NCBI GenBank assembly: GCA_032128875.1
Contig: JAVLKG010000017.1
Location: forward strand, 14,890-78,889
DNA: 64,000 nt
Source of the DNA: Candidatus Melainabacteria bacterium 17Bon1m
GTDB taxonomy: Bacteria; Cyanobacteriota; Vampirovibrionia; Obscuribacterales; Obscuribacteraceae
Direction of reading: 5' to 3'
Under the pieces are notes generated by a model that saw only the letters and a program-made list of their open reading frames with translations, had not been told where the DNA came from and did no database searches. Below, one piece after another: positions 19,164 to 28,442 of the stretch; position 1 is the stretch's first letter; each line of letters begins with the position of its first letter. Both the position numbers and the translations under genes were made by a program.

Positions 19164-22100
19164 TCATTTGATAATTGGTTCGCTCGAAGGTTTTTCTTCC
19201 AGACGTTTTGCTCGTCCATGTTTTTCTGATCGTCTGCCTAGTTGCTCAAATACAAGATAGAGATTGGGCAGAAGAAGAAGAGTCAAAAGGCTCGAGGTAA
19301 TTAAACCTCCGATAACCACAGTAGCCAGCGGCCTCTGCACTTCAGCCCCTGCAGAGCTGGAAAATGCCATTGGGAAAAATCCTAAACTAGCAACAAGAGC
19401 TGTCATCAAAACCGGACGCAATCTGGTCAGCGCTCCTTTTATGACTGCCGCCTCAGAGTCCATCTTTTGCCTCAGTGTGTTGATATAGCTCACCATCACA
19501 ACTCCGTTTAGAACAGCTACGCCGGATAACGCAATAAATCCGACTCCAGCTGAAATTGAAAATGGCATGCCTCTAATTGCCAGAGCGAATATTCCACCGA
19601 CTACCGCAAAAGGAATGCCGGTGTAGATAAGCAATGCTTGGCTAATGGAGCCGAAAGACATGAATAGAAGAATGAAAATCAGAAGCAGTGCTATAGGCAC
19701 CACAATTGCAAGCATTGTCGATGCTCGCTGCAGATTCTCAAATTGACCGCCCCAGGTAATGTAATAACCTTCCGGTAATTTCACTTCTTTGTCGATTCTC
19801 TTTTCGGCGTCTTTGACAAAACTGCCTATATCACGACCTCGCACGTTTAATTCAACGACTATGCGTCGGCGCCTGTCTTCTCGGGATATTTGAGCTGGTC
19901 CTTCCTCTACTCTAATTTTTGCAAGACTTGTAAGCGGAATCATTGCGCCCCCACCTTTAGGAGTTAGGGCCGGACCGGCTACAAGAAGCTTTCTTATCGA
20001 TTCTAGGTCTCGTCCTGATTGTTCATTTAGTCGCACGACTATCTCGAAACGTCTCTCTCCTTCGTAAACAATTCCAGCTGGCTGTCCTGCCGTTATTGAT
20101 TGGACGAGCGTATTGACGTCCTCGACGTTAATTCCATATCTAGCAATTGCGTCCCTATCGGCCTCAACTATTAACTGCGGCAGACCGGCTGTCTGCTCGA
20201 CTTTTACGTCGGCAGCTCCAGGGACTGTGCCAACGACCTTGCTTATTTTTTCCGCTGTTTCTCTGAGCTTGTCTAAGTCGTCTCCAAAGATTTTGACCGC
20301 AATATCCGAACGAACGCCGGCAATTAATTCGGCAGTTCTGAGTTCAACTGGCTGAGAGAAGCTGAAGACTGCCTGCGGTACCTTTTCCTCCAGCGCCTTG
20401 GCTATTTTGTCGACTAGCTCTTCCCTATTTTTTGCCGTCGACCATTCTTTTGGTGGCTTCAGTCCTACATAAAGATCGCTGGTATCGACTCCCATTGGAT
20501 CGGTCGCGACCTCTGCCCGACCGATTTTGGAGACTACTTTTGTCACCTCTGGAAATGAAGTCAGGACCTTTTCTGCTTGTGTTGTCGTTGCAATCGATTG
20601 GCTAAGCGACACACTGGGAAGTTGCTGTATCTGCACGGCTAGCGCACCTTCATCTAGTCTAGGAATGAATTCCGCCCCCAGCATTGAAAGCGTGATACCG
20701 CTCATCACAATCAGGCTGAGCGCTACTGCAAATGTTTGATTGTGATATAGAGACGCAAAATGCAGCGCCTTTTGGTAATAGCCCTTAATCCAATGAACAA
20801 GAAAACTTTCCTTTTCGCTTACCGGTCCGCGCATGATAAGAGTGAGCATCGCCGGTACATACGTCAAAGAAAGAATCAGCGATCCAGCTAATGCAAACAC
20901 AATAGTCATGGACATCGGCTTGAACATTTTGCCTTCAATGCCTGACAGGCTAAAAATCGGCAAGTAGACAATGGCGATGATTATTACAGCAAATACAACA
21001 GGGCGCCCGACTTCCAAACAAGCATTCAGAATGGTGGTCTTGCTGCCCGGCTTGCGTCCTTTCTCGTTGTCTATACCCAGGCGCCTGACAGTGTTTTCGA
21101 CCATAACGACCGCACCGTCTACAATCAGTCCAAAATCCAGTGCACCCAGGCTCATCAAGTTGCCCGACACTTTGAACATATTCATGCATATGGCGGCAAA
21201 GAGCATTGATAGAGGAATGACGCTAGCTACAAGTAATGCACCTCTCCAATTTCCCAGAACAAGAAGAAGCACGAGAATAACTAGGAGTGCACCTTCAACA
21301 AGATTTGACTCGACTGTGTGAATGGTTCTATCGACGAGCTCGGAGCGGTCATAGAAAGGCACCAGTGCCACACCTTTTGGCAAAGTCTTTTGAATTTGTT
21401 TGACCTTTTCTTTGGCTCGCTCGACAACAACCCGGGAATTTTCTCCTTTGAGCATCATCACGATGCCGGCGACAATCTCGCCTTTGCCATCAGCTAGAAC
21501 AGCACCCTGTCTTACTTCGGCTCCCGTTACGACTTCTGCAATATCTCTAACGAAAATCGGCACTCCGTCTTTGCCAGACTTAACTACGATGTTGGCAATC
21601 TGGCTTGTTGTCTGCGCTAAACCTATTCCTCTTAAAATGAATTGCTCGCCTGTGTGTTCTAAATATGCACCGCCCACGTTTTCATTATTTGCCATGACTG
21701 CCTGGACGACGTCGCGCAGGGACAGCCCGTAGGAGACAAGTTTTGGCGGGTCGACTCTAACTTGATACTGCTTCTTTTGACCCCCGTAGCTGTTTACTTC
21801 AGCTACTCCGGGAACTCCCATTAGTTGTCGTCTTACTATCCAGTCTTGAATAGTTCGCAAATACTGCGGGTCGTTTTTTACTTCTGCACTTGGTTTGAGT
21901 TCATACTGATAGATTTCTCCAAGACCTGTTGAAATCGGACCCATCTGCGGAGAGCCCAGCGACTCAGGGATTTGCTGTCTGACTTGTGTGAGCCTTTCCA
22001 ATACAAGTTGTCTTGCAAAATATGTGTCGACGCTGTCGTCGAACACGATGGTTACAGCCGACAGTCCGAATTTAGAAGACGAGCGAACCTGAGTGACTGA

Positions 22101-22331
22101 AGGCAACCCGCTCATTGCAATTTCAATAGGAAACGTAATTTGTCTTTCTACTTCCAGAGGCGCGAGCGAAGGCGCGGAAGTTAAGACCTGCACCTGAACG
22201 TTTGTGATATCTGGGACAGCATCAATGGGTAAATTCTGTAAGTTGAAAATTCCAGCGGCGACAAGTCCTATCACCACCATAACCACAAGAAGTCTTTGCC
22301 TGACTGAGAAGCTGATCAATGCCTCGATCAT
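19164..22331 (-). CDS. czcA: CzcA/CusA-family heavy-metal RND pump
   Basis: LPIDAVPDITNVQVQV, NLMSLGALDFGLIVDGAVVMVEN and RLRPVLMTALVASLGF. Confidence 0.97.
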   Translation of the reverse strand: MIEALISFSVRQRLLVVMVVIGLVAAGIFNLQNLPIDAVPDITNVQVQVLTSAPSLAPLEVERQITFPIEIAMSGLPSVTQVRSSSKFGLSAVTIVFDDSVDTYFARQLVLERLTQVRQQIPESLGSPQMGPISTGLGEIYQYELKPSAEVKNDPQYLRTIQDWIVRRQLMGVPGVAEVNSYGGQKKQYQVRVDPPKLVSYGLSLRDVVQAVMANNENVGGAYLEHTGEQFILRGIGLAQTTSQIANIVVKSGKDGVPIFVRDIAEVVTGAEVRQGAVLADGKGEIVAGIVMMLKGENSRVVVERAKEKVKQIQKTLPKGVALVPFYDRSELVDRTIHTVESNLVEGALLVILVLLLVLGNWRGALLVASVIPLSMLFAAICMNMFKVSGNLMSLGALDFGLIVDGAVVMVENTVRRLGIDNEKGRKPGSKTTILNACLEVGRPVVFAVIIIAIVYLPIFSLSGIEGKMFKPMSMTIVFALAGSLILSLTYVPAMLTLIMRGPVSEKESFLVHWIKGYYQKALHFASLYHNQTFAVALSLIVMSGITLSMLGAEFIPRLDEGALAVQIQQLPSVSLSQSIATTTQAEKVLTSFPEVTKVVSKIGRAEVATDPMGVDTSDLYVGLKPPKEWSTAKNREELVDKIAKALEEKVPQAVFSFSQPVELRTAELIAGVRSDIAVKIFGDDLDKLRETAEKISKVVGTVPGAADVKVEQTAGLPQLIVEADRDAIARYGINVEDVNTLVQSITAGQPAGIVYEGERRFEIVVRLNEQSGRDLESIRKLLVAGPALTPKGGGAMIPLTSLAKIRVEEGPAQISREDRRRRIVVELNVRGRDIGSFVKDAEKRIDKEVKLPEGYYITWGGQFENLQRASTMLAIVVPIALLLIFILLFMSFGSISQALLIYTGIPFAVVGGIFALAIRGMPFSISAGVGFIALSGVAVLNGVVMVSYINTLRQKMDSEAAVIKGALTRLRPVLMTALVASLGFFPMAFSSSAGAEVQRPLATVVIGGLITSSLLTLLLLPNLYLVFEQLGRRSEKHGRAKRLEEKPSSEPIIK

Positions 22332-23713
22332 CAGTCTTCTCCTCCGAGCTGATCTTTTAAGAGCTTGGATTTAAGAACAAATGATCCATTGGCTGCAACC
22401 TTTTCGCCAGCAGATATGCCGCTTGTTACAGGTGTTTGTCCTTCAACGTCCTGCCCTGTCTTTACTGGTCTAACTGAAAATTTTCCTTCTGCATCCTGAA
22501 CAAAGACGACCTGTTTGCCTTCAACTGTTTGAACAGCTGTGCTGGGAACGTAAATAGCGTCGTTTAACTTTACTGATTTGCTGAATTCAATTTGTGCAAA
22601 TGCACCGGTCTGAATGCGATTGTTAGGGTTGTCGATGATGATCCGTACTCTTGATGTACGCGTGTCTTCGTTTAAGCGAGGGTCGATAAAGCTGACGGTT
22701 CCAGCAATAGTCTTCTCTTGCAGAACAACCTTTGCTTTTGAGCCTATATGCACGCCGGACATCTCACGCTCCGGTACGCTGGCAATCACCCAGAGAGTCG
22801 AAGTATTGGCTACGGTTAAAAGAGGCTTACCAGCCTCAACTCCTGCTCCAGGGTTCACCAGGCGCTCTATAACAGTGCCATAGATAGGAGAGCGCAATTG
22901 AAGCGTTGAAATATCATGCTCCTTTTCTTCTGCTTTAGATGACAGCTGAGCATCAATTGCTTTGAGTGCGTCCTTTATGTGTTCTGCTTCTGTCTGAGCA
23001 GTGCTTAAATCGGCTTTAGCTTCTGAAACTTCTCTATTGAGAGTAATATCCTTTTGAAAGTTGTATTCAGCGGTGGCTTTTACAAACTCAGATTCTGCAG
23101 ACACCAGGTCTTTTTTTGCAACTAAGCCTTCCGACACCAATTGCTTTGTTCTCTTTTGCGTTGCTATTGCTTCATCGAGAGCTGCTTTAGCTTTTAAAAT
23201 ATTGACTCGATTGGCTGCTTGCATGACCCTGTTCAACGTAACTCTGGCAAGGCGAAGCTTTGTTTCGGCTTCATGCAATTTACCGTGCATCTCAGCTACT
23301 TGTGGGCTGTCGATTGAAACGAGAATCATTCCCGGCTTGACGCTGTCCCCAAGAGCTACGTTTACAGATTCCACTCGACCATTGGCAAGCGCGCTTATCT
23401 GTTGCATTTGCTGTTGATTTGGCTCCACTGAGCCTGCTACAGTGAATTTCGAGGAAGGTTTTTCTGTGGTTATGGTGACAACCTCGATAACTCCTTCCTC
23501 TTTTTTCATTTCTACAGAAGAGCGATTTGCCTCAACTTCTTTTTCCGTAGTTTCCTTGTTTGCCAATTCGGCCTTGTTGCCGATGCTGAACCACAAAATG
23601 CCGCTCAACGCCAGCCCGACACCCATGAAGATAGCTGCCACCACCCAACCTTTACGCTGATCGGCTGAATCAATTGATTTATGTGGGACCGAGATTTCTT
23701 CTTGCGTAGGCAT
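22331..23713 (-). CDS. czcB: RND membrane fusion protein
   Basis: N-terminal TM, lipoyl halves (GRVESVNVALGDSV / LRSPIYGTV) and IDPRLNEDTRT. Confidence 0.93.
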   Translation of the reverse strand: MPTQEEISVPHKSIDSADQRKGWVVAAIFMGVGLALSGILWFSIGNKAELANKETTEKEVEANRSSVEMKKEEGVIEVVTITTEKPSSKFTVAGSVEPNQQQMQQISALANGRVESVNVALGDSVKPGMILVSIDSPQVAEMHGKLHEAETKLRLARVTLNRVMQAANRVNILKAKAALDEAIATQKRTKQLVSEGLVAKKDLVSAESEFVKATAEYNFQKDITLNREVSEAKADLSTAQTEAEHIKDALKAIDAQLSSKAEEKEHDISTLQLRSPIYGTVIERLVNPGAGVEAGKPLLTVANTSTLWVIASVPEREMSGVHIGSKAKVVLQEKTIAGTVSFIDPRLNEDTRTSRVRIIIDNPNNRIQTGAFAQIEFSKSVKLNDAIYVPSTAVQTVEGKQVVFVQDAEGKFSVRPVKTGQDVEGQTPVTSGISAGEKVAANGSFVLKSKLLKDQLGGED

Positions 23714-23737
23714 AATACTGGCTCCTAAATAGGCAAC

Positions 23738-23767
23738 AAAAAAAACGCAATAGCATTAGCTATGGCG
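23738..23767 (-). terminator. Intrinsic terminator/attenuator between the leader ORF and czcB
   Basis: Minus strand reads CGCCATAGC-taat-GCTATTGCG-T8. Confidence 0.75.
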
Positions 23768-23788
23768 CTTGCAATTTGCTTTTGTGCC

Positions 23789-24142
23789 TTAAACCAGTAA
23801 CTTTTGATGCAAAGAAATTAGATCTTGTGGAGGAGCCTTGTTCAGATATCCATATGAGATATCTCGTTTCGTCAGCCGTGCCGCCTCTCTTACCGCGTGA
23901 GGAGCTTCTACAACCGGCAGGTCAATGATGGCTATCTCTTCGCCGAAACTTCCCGAGAAATCTAAATCTTGCTTTTCTGCACAGCAGCTTTTAGCGTGAC
24001 CACAATCCGTGCATGTGTCCTGGGCGTCTACTGCAGATGCCGCACAGCTCTCACTTTGTGAGGTGCAGGCGCAAGCCATCCAGCTCAGATACGAACAATT
24101 GAACGCAAGAAGAAATAGGAGTGTAATAACTCTGACTAACAT
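23789..24142 (-). CDS. Cys-rich leader-type protein with KAPP motif (DUF2946/CzcI-like)
   Basis: Signal-like N-terminus, CTDCGHAKSCC and NKAPPQDLISLHQKLLV; first gene of the czc operon. Confidence 0.75.
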   Translation of the reverse strand: MLVRVITLLFLLAFNCSYLSWMACACTSQSESCAASAVDAQDTCTDCGHAKSCCAEKQDLDFSGSFGEEIAIIDLPVVEAPHAVREAARLTKRDISYGYLNKAPPQDLISLHQKLLV

Positions 24143-24156
24143 TTTCTGCAGGTATA

Positions 24157-24197
24157 TTTTGACATTCGTGTAAAAAGGCAATCGAAAACCGTTTTCG
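24157..24197. promoter_or_regulatory. Adjacent operator-like motifs upstream of the czc operon
   Basis: TTTTGACATTCGTG (24157-24170) and the perfect 7-1-7 palindrome CGAAAACCGTTTTCG (24183-24197). Confidence 0.65.
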
Positions 24198-24563
24198 TTT
24201 TTGCTTTGCCTCGTCTGAAACCTTGATGGTAGGCGGCTTTGCAGCCTGAGTCAATTGTATCAGCTTAATGAAAGCTTTCACTTAGCAATGACAGTGGTTG
24301 CTTAGAAAAGTTTCCGTCACTTAGCATGCTTATCCAGCTTTCATCATATGCAGAGCCTTTTTTACTTATGTGCATTAAGACTGCCTTTCATCCATGTGGT
24401 TATTACGAAACGCCGATTGCTAGTGCAGTGAGCCGGCCCTACGATGAATCCTTGACGCCAGGTGCTTACTAAACTTCCCCTCGAAGTAGATGAACTGCGG
24501 GTCACCCCAAGAACGAAATGACGTTCTCCATTTCACTTTTTAGACTTTCAGGCTCTGACACAT

Positions 24564-26267
24564 ATGACCAGAAATCAGGAAATAAACTCATCTAGTGACG
24601 GCGCCGAGCCGTCGGGGATTAGGCAAAGCTCGGAAAGGACACGGGCAGTTCTAAGTAATTTTGCGGCTCGAGATCTATCCAGTCCGCCGGCAGGACGAAG
24701 TGATGCTGTCACCGCAGGTGATGGCAGTGTGTCTGCGGCAGCCTTGCAGGCATCAGATACGTACGACCCAAAAGCCAGTCCGGCAGAACTTGCAAGAGCG
24801 GGCAAATTTAAAGACAAAACGGCAACAAGGCAAGAAAGCGTACTTGAAATTCCTGACTTGAATGATAAGACAGAACCGAAAATATCAGTGGGCATGGAGG
24901 ATGTCACCAAGCAGCCACCAGACAAGCCCCATTTCGTGATTAAGAAAAATGGCGACATTGAGATGTTCGGCGATCCTGAAGCTCTAAAAGCCAAGGATAT
25001 AAAAATACAGCTGGAAAGAAATGAAGGACAGTTATATCCGACAGAGGCTCAACAAGCGGCCGCTGAAAAATTAGTCTCCTACTTGTCTGAGCGCTTAAAG
25101 AGTCAAAATCCTGAGCTGGCTAAAAACGGGGTTGAGCTTTCGGACAGTGACGCCGTAGTATCTCCGGAGGCTCGTCAGAATGCAGGCGTACGCCAGCCGC
25201 AATCTTCTCAAATGAGCCCGGAAACGCAGCAAAGTGTCGGCAATATGAATAGATTCAAGGGCAATAATGGCGGCGAGATGCCGATGGGCAATACGAGAGA
25301 TTATTTCCCAAATAGAGATGTTCCGAGGCAAGCAAATGAGTCTGACCAGCAGGCGGCAGTAAAAGAAGCGGCTGCTGGCTTATTCAACCCCGATAAATCA
25401 GAACCATATTCGACAATTCGCAAGTCGCCAGAAGGCGATCACAGAGTCGGTCGCTACGGCTTTAGCGGCAGACAAATACATAACTGGATGTCCGGCCTAG
25501 ACCTAGGTGATCCGCCGGATCCAGCAAAAATTGAGGAGCTCATCAAGCAAGGCAAACTGCCGAAAGGCTTCAATGTAGACTCGCTGAAAAAATTGCAAGC
25601 CATGGCTCAAAAAATGGCTAATGGCGAAGCTCCAAGCAAAGATGACATGAAGATATTGCCGAAAGAGATGCAAGAAACGATGGCTACCGATATGGTCGCT
25701 CAGTTCAAAGACCGTCTGGGTGACAATCCTGGGGCAATAGCCGCCGGCATGATGTCCGGCAAATCGGCTTCTGAATTGACTCAAGAAGATCTGAGTTCTC
25801 CAACCGGTAAGCAGTTAACTGATGCAGGTCAGAGACTTTATGACATTGCTACAGCCAGGCAGCAATCTGAGGACGGCAATGACAAGCTTCAGTGGACCCA
25901 AGATGGCAAAGTCAGTATAGGCAACGGCAAGTGGCTGTCAGGAGCAGCCGGACAAGCCTTTATTGCTGCTCAAAAGGATGCCGCCGCCGATGGTATCACT
26001 ATCCGCGTTAACTCAGCCGGAAGAACTTTAGAAGAGCAAAAATATTTGTATGCAAACAGAGGCACCAAGGGAATTTCAAGAACAGTGGCGCTGCCTGGCC
26101 GCTCTAATCACGAGAGCGGAAACGCGCTTGATATAGCCAATTATCAGCAAGCAAAACCTTACTTGCAAAAGTATGGCTTTGTCCATGGCGATGGCAATGG
26201 TCCAATATCTAATGACCTTGTGCACTTTAAGTACACAGGCAGAAACTCGAGTACTCGCTACGCCTGA
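24564..26267 (+). CDS. Large protein with C-terminal M15 (VanY-like) peptidase domain
   Basis: NSAGRTLEEQ..LY, ALPGRSNHESGNALDI and DLVHF; no Sec signal visible. Confidence 0.85.
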   Translation: MTRNQEINSSSDGAEPSGIRQSSERTRAVLSNFAARDLSSPPAGRSDAVTAGDGSVSAAALQASDTYDPKASPAELARAGKFKDKTATRQESVLEIPDLNDKTEPKISVGMEDVTKQPPDKPHFVIKKNGDIEMFGDPEALKAKDIKIQLERNEGQLYPTEAQQAAAEKLVSYLSERLKSQNPELAKNGVELSDSDAVVSPEARQNAGVRQPQSSQMSPETQQSVGNMNRFKGNNGGEMPMGNTRDYFPNRDVPRQANESDQQAAVKEAAAGLFNPDKSEPYSTIRKSPEGDHRVGRYGFSGRQIHNWMSGLDLGDPPDPAKIEELIKQGKLPKGFNVDSLKKLQAMAQKMANGEAPSKDDMKILPKEMQETMATDMVAQFKDRLGDNPGAIAAGMMSGKSASELTQEDLSSPTGKQLTDAGQRLYDIATARQQSEDGNDKLQWTQDGKVSIGNGKWLSGAAGQAFIAAQKDAAADGITIRVNSAGRTLEEQKYLYANRGTKGISRTVALPGRSNHESGNALDIANYQQAKPYLQKYGFVHGDGNGPISNDLVHFKYTGRNSSTRYA

Positions 26268-26447
26268 GACTGCTTCGCTAAAATAGGCACAGTCTTTCGT
26301 TTTGTTGTGTCAAGGCGAAAACAGCCAGGGCTCGTGTTTCAGGGGTAAGATGGGTTGCAAAGGAGGTTCTGGCATCTGTCAGGAGTTGAGCATCTCGGTC
26401 TAGTCAACCTTATCCGCTATGATAGAAGACAGGACTGAGCGACTCGT

Positions 26448-26873
26448 ATGGCGACCTTAAAACTCTGGGCAACACTTTCAGCATGTTTATTCCTGTTCTT
26501 CTACGGAACAGGCCAATCGTTTTGTCTATGCGAAGAGTCGGACTATTGCAACGGTGTTGCCAATCAGTTCACCGGCGCCGTAAGCATTGCGATCGCCGAA
26601 TGTTGTGACGCTTCCATCGCAAAGGTCGTTGTCAGTACGGTTGATAACTGCTGCTCTGAATGCCCTACTTCTGAACTTTCCGTCAGCAGTATCCGAATCA
26701 ATGAAGCATCTGAAAATCATGAACGGATGCATAATGTGCTTTGCACATCCGAGACTTTTAGGTTTGGAAAGGTGGAGCACCTCTCCAGCGCTCAGATGAT
26801 AAGGCCGCCTCCGCGCCAACCTGACCTTGTTGACTTACCTGTCTATATCGTCTATCGCAGTATACTAATCTAG
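26448..26873 (+). CDS. Cys-rich leader-type protein with RPPP motif (DUF2946/CzcI-like)
   Basis: Signal-like N-terminus, CC and CCSEC, IRPPP plus tail; first gene of RND cluster 2. Confidence 0.7.
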   Translation: MATLKLWATLSACLFLFFYGTGQSFCLCEESDYCNGVANQFTGAVSIAIAECCDASIAKVVVSTVDNCCSECPTSELSVSSIRINEASENHERMHNVLCTSETFRFGKVEHLSSAQMIRPPPRQPDLVDLPVYIVYRSILI

Positions 26874-26940
26874 CCAAAAAAGCGAACTCGAAGTCGCCGG
26901 TAGCGACTGTATTCGTGCGTCCCTTTTTTGGTGTCTAAAA

Positions 26941-28442
26941 ATGAATAGATCGAGTCAGTCTTTCGAAAAAGCTGCGTACAAGTGGCATTTTTCTGCACTG
27001 GCAATGCTGATTTTTCTTGCAGTCTGTTTTGTATATCCTGTCCAACTGTCATTCGCGCACAGTGGAGACAACGAAGCGTTCAATGCCGGAGAGTCTTCCG
27101 GACCGGAAGAAATTGAGGTTAACGAGCAAGGACTTCGTGCCATAGACATTCAACTTGCAAAAGTTCGATCAACCACCCTAAAAGATATTCTTGAAACAAC
27201 GGGAAAAGTTAAGGCTGATGAAACTCGAGCCTTTGATGTCAATCCCACTGTCACAGGAGTGGTCAAAGCTGTATACGCGAAGCAGGGTGACAACGTCAGT
27301 AAAGGTAAAGTACTGGCGCTTGTGCACAGTATCGAAGTTGCAACTACTTTGACCCAGTTGCTCAATGACAGAACACGAATAAACTCCGACATTGCAAGAG
27401 TTCAAACACAAAGGTCACCTTTGACAGAGAACAAGGGATGTTGAAGGAAGGGATATCTGCTGCAAAAAATTATCATGAGGCAAAAAATGCACATGAATCA
27501 GCGCAAGTAAAGCTTCTTACTTTGCAGCAAAGACTTGAGCAAGAAGTGAAGCTCCTAGAGAAACAGCTCGCGGTCACAACGGCGAATGCAAAAGGTCAGC
27601 TAGTCATAATGGGAATGACCGGCGCAGCCGTTGATACTGCTATCAAAACCGGCATGGTCACTGCAGACTTACCTGTGATAGCTCCCGTCGGTGGCGTTAT
27701 TACTCTGCGCAATATCACTTTAGGGCAGCGCGTCAGTCCGGAAGACAGTGTGTTTTCCATTGTCAATTTGAGCCCGATTTGGATAATGATCGATGTCTTT
27801 CAGGAGCAAATTCCCAGAGTCAAACAAGGTCAACAAGTATGGATAGAGACGCCTTCGAAGCAGGAACTTAGAGGAGAAATTTCATCCGTTGGTTCGGTTG
27901 TCGACGATGCGACTAAAACACTCAGCATCAGAGTTATCGCTGATAATCCAAATGGCATACTCAGACCTGGAATGTTTGTGACTGCTCAAGTAGTCGTCGG
28001 GCAAGGTACATCACAAGCACTGGTAATTCCCGAGACAGCAATCGTCTATTTCAAAGAGCGCCCATTCGTGTATGAAAAGCACGAAGACCATTTTCAGCCG
28101 GTTTTCGTTACTACCGGGCTGAAAACGTCTCAAGGCGTGGAAATTAAAGAGGGACTGGAGGTTGATGAAACAATAGTTGTATCGGGTGCTGCGCAATTAC
28201 AGGCGCAATCTGTACTTAAGCCGGGAAGTGGACATTCGCACAAAGAAGAGGGCGAAGAGTCCGCTCATGAGGAGCATCACGAAGACCATCCCGAACATCA
28301 AGAAGGTCACGGAAAAGAATCAGGCAATTCGGCCGCGTCGCTGATGATATTTTTTGCAGGAGCCGCCAGTTCTCTAATAGCTGTTGCCATCTTTGCTTTC
28401 TTCATTCGGCGAAGCCGCAAGGGAGATGCCAAAGATGCTTAA
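26941..28442 (+). pseudogene. RND membrane fusion protein split by a frameshift near 27408-27412 (ORFs 26941-27444 and 27438-28442)
   Basis: The first ORF carries the N-terminal lipoyl half. The second carries the hairpin, second lipoyl half, His-rich tail and TM. The second frame already reads KVTFDREQG from 27411. Confidence 0.8.
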
